A stretch of 64,000 bases of DNA from Tricharina praecox (lineage: Eukaryota). Location: NCBI RefSeq assembly GCF_024521635.1, contig NW_026250407.1, positions 310,001 through 374,000 of the forward strand, written 5' to 3'. Under the pieces are notes generated by a model. That model saw only the letters and a list, made by a program, of their open reading frames with translations, was not told the DNA's origin and searched no databases. Of this stretch, positions 11,540-22,443 are shown one piece after another. A program made the position numbers and the translations under genes. Numbering within the stretch: the first letter of the stretch is position 1; each line of letters begins with the position of its first letter.

Positions 11540-12710
11540 ATGACTAAACCAAAGGTCCTCCTGCTCGGCAACATCACCCAGTACGCCCCCATCCATCCCC
11601 TTTGACTTGGCAGACAGCTTAGAACTAACCCATCATCAGTGCAAAGAAAGAGTGGGAAGCCCTCTCCTCCATCGCCACGCTGATCACACCGACTTCCACG
11701 GACCGCACCGACTTCCTGGCCGAGTGCTCATCGGGCGCCTTCACCGAAGTTATAGCGGCGTACCGCACCTTCGCCTCTGTCTCCATCACGGGGCTGATCG
11801 ACACCGAGCTCGTAGCCGCGCTCCCCACCTCGCTCAAATACCTCTGCCACAACGGCGCAGGTTACGACCAAGTCGACGTGGCCGCGTGCACCGCCAAAGG
11901 GATCCGCGTCTCCAACGTCCCTACGGCGGTCGACGACTCCACCGCCGATGTGAACCTGTTCCTTATCATCGGCGCGATCCGCAGGTTCAACCGGGGAATG
12001 GTCGGGCTGCGGAGGGGCGAATGGCTGAAAGGATGCAAGCTCGGACATGACCCGCAGGAGAAGGTGCTGGGGATTCTGGGAATGGGCGGGATCGGAAGAG
12101 CACTGAAGAAACGGACCGATGCGATGGGGATGAAAACCATCTACCACAACCGGAACAAGCTGTCGGAGGAGTTGGAGGAAGGCGCAGAGTATGTTTCGTT
12201 CGATGAGCTGCTGAGCAGGAGTGACGTCATCTCGCTCAATCTGCCGTTGAACGTAGGTCCCCTTCCGAGATGGTAGAGAGACGCGGATGGTAGCTGATGT
12301 AAACAGAAACACACCCGCCACATCATCTCCACCGCCGAATTCAACAAGATGAAGGACGGCGTTGTGATCATCAACACCGCCCGCGGAGCAGTGATGGATG
12401 AAGATGCACTCGTGAAGGCACTTGACAGCGGGAAGGTGGCAAGCTGTGGCCTCGACGTGTTTGAAGACGAGCCGAATGTGCATCCCGGCCTCGTCGCCAA
12501 CGAAAACGTTATGCTGGTGCCGCATATGGGGACTTTTACGTATGAGGTATGTTTGCTTCGTACCGGCGAGGGAGGATGCGAGGCTAATGGTGCTGGCGGT
12601 GATAGACACAGTATAAAATGGAGTGCTGGACGATTGAGAATGTTCGCATGGCGGTGGAACAGGATACTCTTAAGAGCATTGTACCAGAGCAGGCGAGTGC
12701 CAAGTTTTAG
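11540..12710 (+). CDS. D-isomer-specific 2-hydroxyacid dehydrogenase (glyoxylate reductase-like), 4 exons
   Basis: MTKPKVLLLGNITH, CHNGAGYDQVDVAAC..GIRVSNVP, NAD-binding LGILGMGGIG, SDVISLNLPLN, MKDGVVIINTARG, GLDVFEDEP, PHMGT. Ends IVPEQASAKF* at TAG 12708-12710. Confidence 0.93.
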
Positions 12711-13816
12711 AGGACTGAGTAACGGGCAACCAGCGAATAGAATAGATTTCACAGTAGAGAGTCCGAGAAATGATGCGCATGTGACATAGCGGGTGGATTT
12801 GATCGATTGGGGTTTGCGCTGTGCCGGAGTCCTCATACATAGCGTTTCTTCCTGGGTAAGGAATTATGCGCTTCGGATCTTATATGCGCTCAACGCATCC
12901 TTCTTGAAAGCCTTCCGTCTTTGGTGTGCCAGTAGAGGCGGAGGGGATCGTAGTGCCAGCACTATTACTGGCCACGACGGCCGTCCTTTTCCTAGGAGGG
13001 GGAATAAGAGGCTTGGAAGTGTTAAAATATGTCTCTGGATATCAAATTGTTCAGCCATGATTTATACCCTCCCGGACGAATATTGACTGCCGTTGTAGTG
13101 GTGGGATGGGGACTCGGAGGCGTGGTGAAGATGCTAGTCATATCATAGTCCATCACTCTGCAGATTAAATAGCGTCCACGTGCCGTTCAAACTAACGCGT
13201 AATTTTCGCCGACAGGCTTGGCATTGTTTCCCTACAAAACTCGCCGATTTCGCTCCTTCTCTTAATTCTGGTTCTTTGTAGAATCTCGTTCACGAAAGTG
13301 AACGTTTAAAATCTTTGGAATTTTGCTAGAGCATCCCGGTGACGAGCGTCAAACAATGATTCTCCCGACCGGAATGTGTGGACACCGAAGAGACAGTGAC
13401 AGATCCGTTGTTCCTCGTGGCAGGCGATAGCTTGCCAGCTTTTTTGTCCTCTCGCGGGGCATCTGGGTTGAGGGGCAGCGGAACGACATCTTTTGACTTT
13501 CATGACTTTCTTATGTGACTTTCTCGAGATCTTGCCTTTTGCGGCGATGATGAGGGGCACATGAAGGAATGCGTCACTCGGGGAACGCGATGCTGTTTGG
13601 CGGTGAGCAAGGCAGTTAGTTCGTGGAGGAAGCCGTTTGTCGTTCCTGATCGGCGAGGCTGGAGGTTTTCTCTCGGTTGGAACGGTGGCCGACGCCTTAC
13701 CGCGACCATCACCAGTCCATCTGCCTGCAACCTCGAGCGCTCCCATGACGCCATCCATTATCATATGTACATGTAATCGTTCCTATTTATTATTTTGTCT
13801 AGACCCCATTATTTGC

Positions 13817-14233
13817 TCAATCGCTGTCATCGAAAAAGTCCACCGCAGCCTTTCTCTTCCTCGTCTTCTTGCCTGTCTGCTCCTCCCTCATCGTCAGGAT
13901 CTATCGCGCAGAGCAAAGTACTTAGCATTCACCCTCATCACATCCAGCCAGCTGTCCCAAATGGAAACATACCCTCTCTCGCACCTCCAGCTCATCCCTC
14001 TTGACCTTGGTACCGCGCATGAGCTGCTTGACGGCGTCCTCTATGCGCTTCTTCTCCTCGGCCTCATGCTGTGCGCGCGCCGCCGGGTCGAGATCGTTGA
14101 CGTCGACGGTGGCCAAGAGCTTCTTGCTCGAGGTCTTCTTTCGGCGGGGCTTGGAGGAGGAGGGTTTACTCGGTGTGCCGGCGAGCAGGCTATCGAGGGC
14201 CTTCGAGGCAGCGTGGAGGGTCGAGGTCGTCAT
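13817..14233 (-). CDS. Small basic protein, possibly Rrt14-like nucleolar factor (2 exons)
   Basis: ATG at 14233 gives MTTSTLHAASKALDSLLAGTPSK...RDELEVRER; intron 13901-13972 (GTATGT..GCTAAG..TAG); then ILTMREEQTGKKTRKRKAAVDFFDDSD*. Resemblance to yeast Rrt14 is by eye only. Confidence 0.65.
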
Positions 14234-14639
14234 TTCGTCGGGTTTTGTGGAAAAGTAGAGTGCGCCGTAAAGATTGTTTCGTTCGTCGGCGCCACTTGGT
14301 GGTGAGAAACTTCGCGTCTTTTGCTCGCGGCCTTGAAGAAATTTCAAAAACTGGCGATAAGATCTCCGGCACATGCTAGCCCGATAAGAATGGTCACGTG
14401 AGCTCAATCGCTGGGCGACTACTGTGACATCATCGGTTTCACAGCCAGCTCCCTGTTACGTGCATCCAACCACCACCGCCCACAGCCCACCACCGCCCAC
14501 AGCCCACAGCCCACCCCAATCCACCGCTTTAAAGAGCTCCTCTTCCCCCGTTCTTCTCCACCAAAGTACCTTCATCATCGCATCATAATCCACCCTCTCA
14601 ACCACACCAAACACTACAATCCACATCACAAATATCGCA

Positions 14640-15290
14640 ATGGACGTTTACTACTACTTTAACTACAGCATGTACCCCCGGCTCCCCTCGTTTCCCAGCA
14701 AATCTGACGAACCACAGTGTCCGCGGGATGGATGGTGCTTGAGGCAATTCCGTTGATCTTCTCGCCCACGGTGATCATCACCCTTCTCTCGCCCGATGTC
14801 CGCGAGTCCACCGCGCTGGAGGAGTACCTCTCGCGCTCACTAGGGATCACCCTCATCGCCTTCGCGATTCTAAACCTACTCCTAACCGGCAGTGTGCCGC
14901 TGACGGTAGACACCTCCGCATTCCCTTCACACCGTACCCCCAGACTAACATGTCTCCCAGTCCGCCCTCTCCGAGCCTGCAGCGCACGGCACCTCCACTG
15001 AACTCGCCGACCCAACAGCTCCCTACGCCGTCCCTTCGCTGACGATAACACTCACGTACCACTGCGCCGTCGCCTTCTACTGCTACACCATGTACACAGC
15101 TGGCCACGCATTTACCTACATCATTGCTGTTGTTGCGCACGCGCTGTTTGCGGCTGTTGGTGGTTGGGTCATGCTCTTTGGTGCGAGCAACGGTCACATC
15201 TCCCGCAAGACTGGCGCCGACAAGAGGACGTCCGGCTTCCCGTTTAAGAACGTCGAGGCCGACAAGAAGAACGCGATGAAGAAGTTGTAA
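14640..15290 (+). CDS. Conserved fungal hypothetical multi-pass membrane protein (3 exons; first intron GC-AG)
   Basis: MDVYYYFNY|MSAGWMVLEAIPLIFSP..LEEYLSRSLG..LTGSVPLT..GHISRKTGADKRTSGFPFKNVEADKK. About 4 hydrophobic segments. The frame is restored only with a GC donor at 14668 and AG at 14717. Confidence 0.85.
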
Positions 15291-15509
15291 GCACGCAGGC
15301 TGCCAGGAATGGATGGGGGAATTGGCGCATGATAAATTTGTTTGATTTCTCATTTGTTTCATTTACGATGGGGTTTCAGGTTGTGGGTTTCATGCACTGG
15401 GGTTGTATCATAGGCGATTACAACGATTGACCGTTCCACATCGGGTATCATTGTGATATCATATCTTCCATTTTATGACAGCCGTATACTAGGTATTCCC
15501 ATTGGCTGG

Positions 15510-17190
15510 CTACGCACACTCTACGCGGATCCTCACGCTCTTCCCCTCCACTGACAACCCCACCTCCTTCGTATCCTCCGGCCCACCAAGCACCGTCTCG
15601 TCCCCCTCGTCCCCCCCTCCACAGACCAACCTAACCTTCATGGGATCAATACCAAACCACCTACCAACACAGGCCCTCAGAGTACTTAACGGCATGCCCC
15701 TAGGCACCCTCTTAGTGACCTCCTTCTCCAACCCGACCAAGACCATATCCACCAGCCTCGCCGCAAGAATTTTCTCATCGGCAGCCTCCTTCGCAACCGC
15801 CGGCTCTCCATGGAGTCTACACAGCTCGTCCCACCTAGCATGGCGCGTCAGCACCGCCTCCCGCGAGTCGGTAGTCGTAGACAGTTCCTTTGCCACCCGC
15901 GAGAGATACCATATCTCGGCGTTCTCTCGCTCCTTGGGCGTGATGGTACTGTGGTTCAGGATGGTGACGCAGGCGGGTAGCCGCCCGATCGTTAGCATGT
16001 GCGCTTCCTCCAGGGTGACGCCGTCGGTGCTGAAGAGAGGGTTGTGCGAGATTCGGAGGCTGGTCAGGTGTGGCGTGCTTGGTGGAAGCGCATCGAGGGC
16101 TGTGAATGTCGGGAGCGTGTTGTAGGCTAGGTCGAGGCGGGTGAGGGTTGGGAAGGTGGTTCCGGGCGCCGTGGTAAGCGTAGAGATGGTGTTGTGCGCT
16201 AGGAGGAGAGTGGTGAGGTTGGGGAGGGAGGAGAGGGCGGAGATCGAGGAGAGGGAGGGGAAGGTGTTGTAGCTTAGGTCCAGGGCTGTGACGGAGATGG
16301 GGAATGGGTGCGGTGATGGAATGGAGGAGAGCTCATTGTGTGGGCCGATTAGTGTTTTGACGTCCGGGAAGAGGGAAAGCAGCTGGCTGAGCTCGTTCCA
16401 GTCCAGCAAGACATTGGCGATTTCGAGAGAGGTGATGCCGCTGAAGGCTGACTTGTTGCCGTCGGATACACCAAAGGAATTGAAACGGTTTCCGCTTATC
16501 CGTAATGCATGGAGCCGTGGAAGTGCTGAGCAGATGAGTGCTACATCCTCCAGCTTTTCGAAGCGGTTCCGCGAGATGTCGAGCTCCTCGATGTCTTCAC
16601 CCGGATAGTTAGCACCTATGTGATCCGGTAAAGCTGGTGGGCGAACATACTGGGGCATGTAGCACGGATGACTTCGACGTCGTCAACGCAATCGATTCGG
16701 AGGCCGTCAAGAAGGATAATCTTGAGCTCTTGCAGCTGCGAAAGCTTCTTGATGATTTTCTCGAACCCAATCTCTTCAAACACCTTATTCGCCGTGAGGA
16801 TGATCTCGGCATGTTTTCCGGGCGGATCCTCATCGGTAGTATATTTCTTCCTCAGGCCCTCGATGAACGACAGTGAGGTATCGGGCTTTCTCGTCGGTCT
16901 AATGAAGGATCCCGAGCCCGGTATCTTACCTACAACTCACGTCAACCATGAACCAAAGAAGGTACACAAAAAATCCGAAAGCTACATGTGAGCTGGATGA
17001 AGCTCTCTAAGTACGTACATTCGAAGTACCTCCTCCCCTGGTGAAAGCCCGAATGTTTCCCGCGTAGAACGTCGTCCCACTCAACACCCAGCCATTCTCC
17101 CTTTGTATCGCCTACACATCCGATGTATCGTATTGTGCATAGCGCCCCGTCGTAGGAGAGTCGCTGGCTTATCCGAAACGAATCTGACAT
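15510..17190 (-). CDS. PAC2: Tubulin-specific chaperone E (TBCE/PAC2): CAP-Gly + LRR + ubiquitin-like domain
   Basis: CAP-Gly CTIRYIGCVGDTKGEWLGVEWDDVLRGKHSG..RYFEC|KIPGSGSFIRP, multiple LRRs (ELDISRNRF, LDLSYNTF, LRISHNPL), ERENAEIWYL and a C-terminal Ubl-like region. Confidence 0.92.
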
Positions 17191-17536
17191 CTCTTCTGAC
17201 TTCCTTGTCGTTCGTTATGGTGGAGGTGGTGGCGAGAAGCTGTACTGTGGGGGGAGCTCATCCGGGTAGTGGAGCTAGAAGCGGAAACCCTGTCGAACGG
17301 GAGAATAAGCTGGGCAGACCTTTCTTTTCCGGGGGCGTTGTGTGGCGCTAACCAGGTGGCGCAGTTGGAGCCGGGTACCAGAGTAAACCTTGGGCAAAAA
17401 AAGTTGGTGAGCCGAAGAGCCCGCTGCCCGACAACGACCTTAAGTGCACCCGTTCGTCCTCCACGACACGACACGACACGACACGACACGATAAACACCC
17501 CACCATCTTTCCACCGGGCTTGAAATACTATACATC

Positions 17537-19167
17537 ATGCAGGCAGCGAGACGAGGTGTTGCCACGACAATTGTCCACGGATTGCGGGGGCCTTCCGTCA
17601 GGCCGGCGGCGTTACGTATCGGCGGAAATCAGCGGATACAACTACAGCTTTCGGGAGAGCGGGCGAGGCCATATTCGCTGCTGGTTGACAGACGAGCGGG
17701 TGCTGGGGTAGCTCAGGTTTCGCAACTGCAGCTGCGCAGCGAGTTCTCAACGCTGGGGCAATGGAGGAACAAGGACGCTAAACCATCAATCCCGGAGGAG
17801 GCGGAGAAAAAGGTAGACGAGGAGGCAAAGGCTGAGGAGAAGCCTGAGAACGAGGAGAAGAAGGCGGATGAAGATGACAACAAGAAGGGCCAGGAGGAGA
17901 AGAAGAAGGAGGAGCCCCCGCCACCACCACCCCCGCACGGTGACAAGTCCCCGTTGGCCGTCTTCATGGAGACACTCCAGACCGAGTTCAAGAAGTCACA
18001 GGAGTGGCAGGAGTCCACCAAGCAGCTCGCCTCCACTGCGAATCAGTTCACCGAATCCCCGGCCGTCCGAAAGGCGCGTGAAGGCTACTCGAAGACCGCC
18101 GAGGTCGCCGGAAAGGTCGGAGGAAAGACGGCAGAGACTCTCGGAAAGACAGCATCTGCAGTCGGAAAGGGTGTCGAATGGACCTGGAACACGCCGGTCG
18201 TCAAGGCTGGACGAACAGCGGTGAAGAAGACGGGAGAGGGTGTTGCCCAGGTCACCAAACCTGTTCGGGATACGAAGGTGTACAAAGACGTGACGAGCAA
18301 CATCAAGGAGGTCGTCGATGACGGCGCTAGCAGTCGGTATGGTGGTTTCTTGGAGCGTGAGGAGCGCAAGAAGCAGCGTGAGCTGCGGGAGATGAAGAAC
18401 CCCCACAAGTATGAGAAGTTTGACGAAGATCCTGAGTATGTTTCCCCACACCATCTACCTCCCTGGAGCAATAATTGACCTATATCTACAGAGCTGGCAC
18501 CAACGTAACACTCCACAAAGACGCCCAATGGAAAGAATCCTGGCGCGAGTTCCGCGACTCCAATAAGTTCATCCAAGGAATCTTCAGCGCACGCAAGAAC
18601 CTGGAGGAATCAGAGAACCCATTTATCGAGGCTGGCCGCAGCATTGCCGACCGTTTCGCCGGTTTTTTCGCCGAGAACGAAACTGCCATGGTCATCCGCA
18701 AGATGCGTGAGATTGACCCCAACTTCCAGCTCGAGCCTTTCCTGCGTGAGCTCCGAGAGTATATCCTCCCGGAGGTCCTCGACGCATACGTAAAGGGCGA
18801 CACCGAGACCCTTAAGGCGTGGCTCTCGGATGCTCAGTTCAATGTCTACGCTGCGCTGAACAAACAATACGCCACTAACGGACTGATGTTGGATGGAAAG
18901 ATTCTCGATGTCAGAGGTGTCGACGTTCTCCAAGCCCGCATCCTGGACCCTGGTGACATCCCTGTGTTCATCATCACCTGTAAGACGAACGAAGTGCATG
19001 TGTACCGGGACCTGAAGACGAAGGAGCTCAAGGCCGGGGTCGAGGACAAGGTGCAGCAGGTCACATACGCCATCGGAATCACACGTCTGGCAGACGAGGT
19101 TGCAAACCCCGAAACGAATGGCTGGCGGTTGATCGAGTTGCACAAGAGTGCTAGGGACTTCTACTAA
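17537..19167 (+). CDS. TIM44: Mitochondrial import translocase subunit TIM44 (2 exons)
   Basis: Arg-rich presequence; SRYGGFLEREERKKQRE; ESENPFI..FFAENETAMVIRKMREIDPNFQLEPFLRELREYILPEVLDAYVKGD; ends GWRLIEL. Confidence 0.95.
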
Positions 19168-19964
19168 ATAATTCCCTTTTCCTGCTTGTCGTGTTGCTTG
19201 TTGATTTTCGTCGGGTGCTATGTGCTACGGTTGCGATTTGGGCGTTTGATGAGTGCATGTGTGGTTACTCCCCTCTGGTTTCTTTCCTAGATTTTTGAGA
19301 TGTATTCCGATGTGCTGACACGGTTGTAAATACTTCTTTTCTCCCCTTTTTTTTTACCTTCTCTGGTGCGTAAGCAAGTACCTACTGTATAGTGAAGGGG
19401 GTGTGTAAAATAGTGATAGAGTCCCGTCAGGATATGATAGCAATGCCATGCAGGTGGGTTGACGTGATATCGACGAGTCTCAAAGCTGGGCCCAACTGAA
19501 TGGTAACACATATTTTGAAGCGCTGACGCAGCGAAACTACTGGTACTGTTTTCCGGTGATAATCTGTGCCACCGACAGGACTCCAACATTCTGTAGCCTA
19601 TTTCGGAACCCTCGGTGCGCGCATTTGGGAAATTGATCCTTGATACCGCGGAGTTCTCACATCACCGAGATCTGAGTGGTAGCGCGGCTAAAGAGATGGG
19701 CGGCTCGGCGCCTATACTAGCCATAAGTAACGTTCTTCGTCGTCCGGCTTCGAGTAGATGAACACAGTGGTCCTACAGCACGCGGGGCCTAACCATCGCC
19801 GGTAAATGCACTTCTTCTCAATTATAATGGAGGTAAAATACATTGTAGCGCTTTACAACGATGCAGAAAGGTTGGCAACGAATAATATCAAAAGCATTCG
19901 GCGAGTGGATTCCGTCGAGCAACATGTGTAAATCAGTAGAAACAGGCTCTCCACCATTATGTCT

Positions 19965-20960
19965 CTAGCGGCGTAAATTCCCGCTTCCCTCCTCCTGCGG
20001 CTTTCCTAGACATTCGGCACAGAAAAACAGGTTACAATTCTCACAACACCAACTTCCCTGTGGTGCCCTATGATCACTTTTAAACCCAGCTGCCTGTAAC
20101 TCGAACCGATGAACCACACACTCCTGCCGCTTTCCAGCCTTAGCAACCCAGCTATGAGAACATGTGTCTGGTACTTTGGTAACCCCGAAGATCTTACTGT
20201 AGCAAACATTATTCGTTTTTTTGATATGAGCAGGGTTGATACGGGGACGGGGACTAGACGTGCGGGTGCTAGATGTGGGGCTTCGATGTTCCGACTTCCT
20301 TTCCGTTACATTGGAAAAATCTGGTCCTGCAGTTGCACCGTTATTTTTTGAGCGCTTTAAAGCCGATTTCTTAGGCTTACTCGTAGTATTCGCCGGTGTA
20401 GTATCCGCCGCCGGTGTAGTATCCGCCGTCGGTGTAGTATCCGCCGCCGGTGTAGTATCCGCCGCCGGTGTAGTATCCGCCGCCGGTGTAGTAGAAGAGT
20501 CCACCACCGGTGCAGTAGAAGAGTCTGCTGCCGGTGCAATAGAAGAGTCCGCTGTCCATGAAGTAGAAGAGTCCGGCGTCTGTGAAGTCGAAGAGTCCGC
20601 CGCCGCAGGAGAAGAGTCGGCCGTCTGTGAAGTAGAAGAGTCCGCCGCCGTAGGAGAAGAGTCCACCGCCGTAGTAGAAGAGTCCGCCACCGGTGTAGTA
20701 GAAGAGTCCGCCGCCGGTGCAGGTATAGTAAAAGAGTCCGCGGTCGTAGTAAAAGAGTCCGCCGCCATTGCAGTAGAAGAGTCCGCCGCCGGTGAAATGG
20801 AAGAGTCCGCCGCCGGTGTAGAAGTAGAGTCCGCCGCCGGTATAGTGATTGAGTCTGCCGCCGGTGTGGTAGTATCCGCAGGTGGCCCGTCTGCCACCTG
20901 GCTGCCTGCTTGTGGCCCTAGTCCCGGCACCATAACCTCTGTATCAGCCTTGTTGTTCAT
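19965..20960 (-). CDS. Hypothetical protein with Ala/Asp/Ser/Thr tandem repeats and a C-terminal Cys/His-rich domain
   Basis: Open frame of ~330 codons with roughly 20 AADSST/PAADTT-type units, a basic linker, and CSHSW...ECVVH...WCCENCNLFFCAEC. The start is uncertain (first ATG at 20960). Confidence 0.6.
   Translation of the reverse strand: MNNKADTEVMVPGLGPQAGSQVADGPPADTTTPAADSITIPAADSTSTPAADSSISPAADSSTAMAADSFTTTADSFTIPAPAADSSTTPVADSSTTAVDSSPTAADSSTSQTADSSPAAADSSTSQTPDSSTSWTADSSIAPAADSSTAPVVDSSTTPAADTTPAADTTPAADTTPTADTTPAADTTPANTTSKPKKSALKRSKNNGATAGPDFSNVTERKSEHRSPTSSTRTSSPRPRINPAHIKKTNNVCYSKIFGVTKVPDTCSHSWVAKAGKRQECVVHRFELQAAGFKSDHRAPQGSWCCENCNLFFCAECLGKPQEEGSGNLRR
20392..20880. repeat. 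Coding minisatellite (18/21/24-bp units, GCCGCCGGTGTAGTATCC and variants)
   Basis: Near-perfect 18-bp array at ~20392-20490, with degenerate 21-24 bp units to ~20880. Confidence 0.9.
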
Positions 20961-22443
20961 TGTCTCTGATATTGGCACCGAGGATGTTTGAAGTAGAGTA
21001 CAGTGGGTCAGAGGCGGTGACGGCGATTTTCATGGTAGCAACCGTGACTGCTATCAGCACAGCTGCCACAGCTGCAACCAAACCAATCGAGACAGTGAGT
21101 CGTGTGGTTGTGTAGACGCACTGTCGCCTCCAAATGGACATACTATGCATTGCAACAAATTTACAACTGCCCCGGACATTTAGGGGACACTGTTGACGAT
21201 AGACTCATACCACTCCCCAACTCAACCAAGACGCACGTTCACGGTGTAACAACAATACGTTGGGCACGGACTTGTACGCCACTCATCCTTCACAAAAAAG
21301 CCAGAGGAGAATCTTAAGTGTGGGAAGGGGAAAAGATAGGAAGAAGAAGAAGCATGAATTGGTATCTTAATCTACTGTTAAGGAAAAACTACCCACCGTA
21401 TCCCTGACTGGAATACACACGCTGCTGGAACCGAGCACTTTTTTAGAACTGGCAGAAACGGGGAGATGGAATGGAAGTAGCTAGAGTCCAGATGGGCTAA
21501 ATACGAGTATGATCAAACAAACAAACAAAAAATCGTAGGCATTACACCTTTATTCGCTCTAGCAGCCCTCTTGATCCATCACTCGCATGGACTATCTTAT
21601 CAATCGCCAGATCTTTGTCATAAGAGTTCATGCTCAAGTAAAGCCTGGGTACATTCACAAGAGACAAAAGGAGCGGAGTGATTCAGGGCCTGGGCATGGC
21701 TCTAAAAGTTGCTCGAGGCGAAGGAAGGATATGTTTTTTCCCTTCAAACGGATCTTCACTAAAGAAAATGTTTATTCTAAATGGCATCCGGTATTTGCAT
21801 GCACAGACAACCATATCATAAGTTCTTTCCGATGTTTAGTAGCGCTCTCGCAGGCCGAATAGAGAGTCCTAGAGTAATTCGCGGTTTAAAAGCTTAGAAT
21901 TATTAAATCTCTGCCCTATGGTGTCCGCACCCAACCCATTGTTGCTACATCGTTAACGCGCATTCTACCTGGTTGGTTAGTGACGTATTGAAACGGCGTT
22001 ACTACCGAAATCCCGCAGTAAAATATGCTTCCAAAGTCAAAACTAGAGCTACGATATGAAGATTTCCCGAGTGATTGAGTGGAACGAGTGATTAGCGGTA
22101 TGATACACAAAAGTTATTTTCCTGAGCTTTGGAACGATATCCAGCCGTTCCGGAAAACCCCAATGTTTAATCTAACAGTAGTATGAGTCCAGTAAATCCT
22201 CAAGCTCAATTCTTTTCTTTTCTCTGCATGGCCATCTCCATTGCAATAGTCGTTGCACAACCCCGTGCAGTGCCGGGTAACCGATGTGAACACCCGAGAC
22301 GCTTAACTGTAAGTAACCATAACCTTGTCGCGCGCAACCGTGATTCTTCACGTCAGTCCGACCAGATATTCGTTCGCGAGAAGCTCAACCAACACACCTT
22401 CAACACCGACATTCATACGAATTCACACGCATAACCCGCCATC

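Noticed and set aside
14393..14402. CACGTG E-box in the divergent promoter (also at ~11153 and ~25951)
   Set aside because: A 6-8 bp motif is expected by chance, and there is no independent support.
20236..20991. 251-aa plus-strand ORF with EESAAG repeats
   Set aside because: It is the antisense shadow of the repeat-rich minus-strand ORF and has a non-ATG start.
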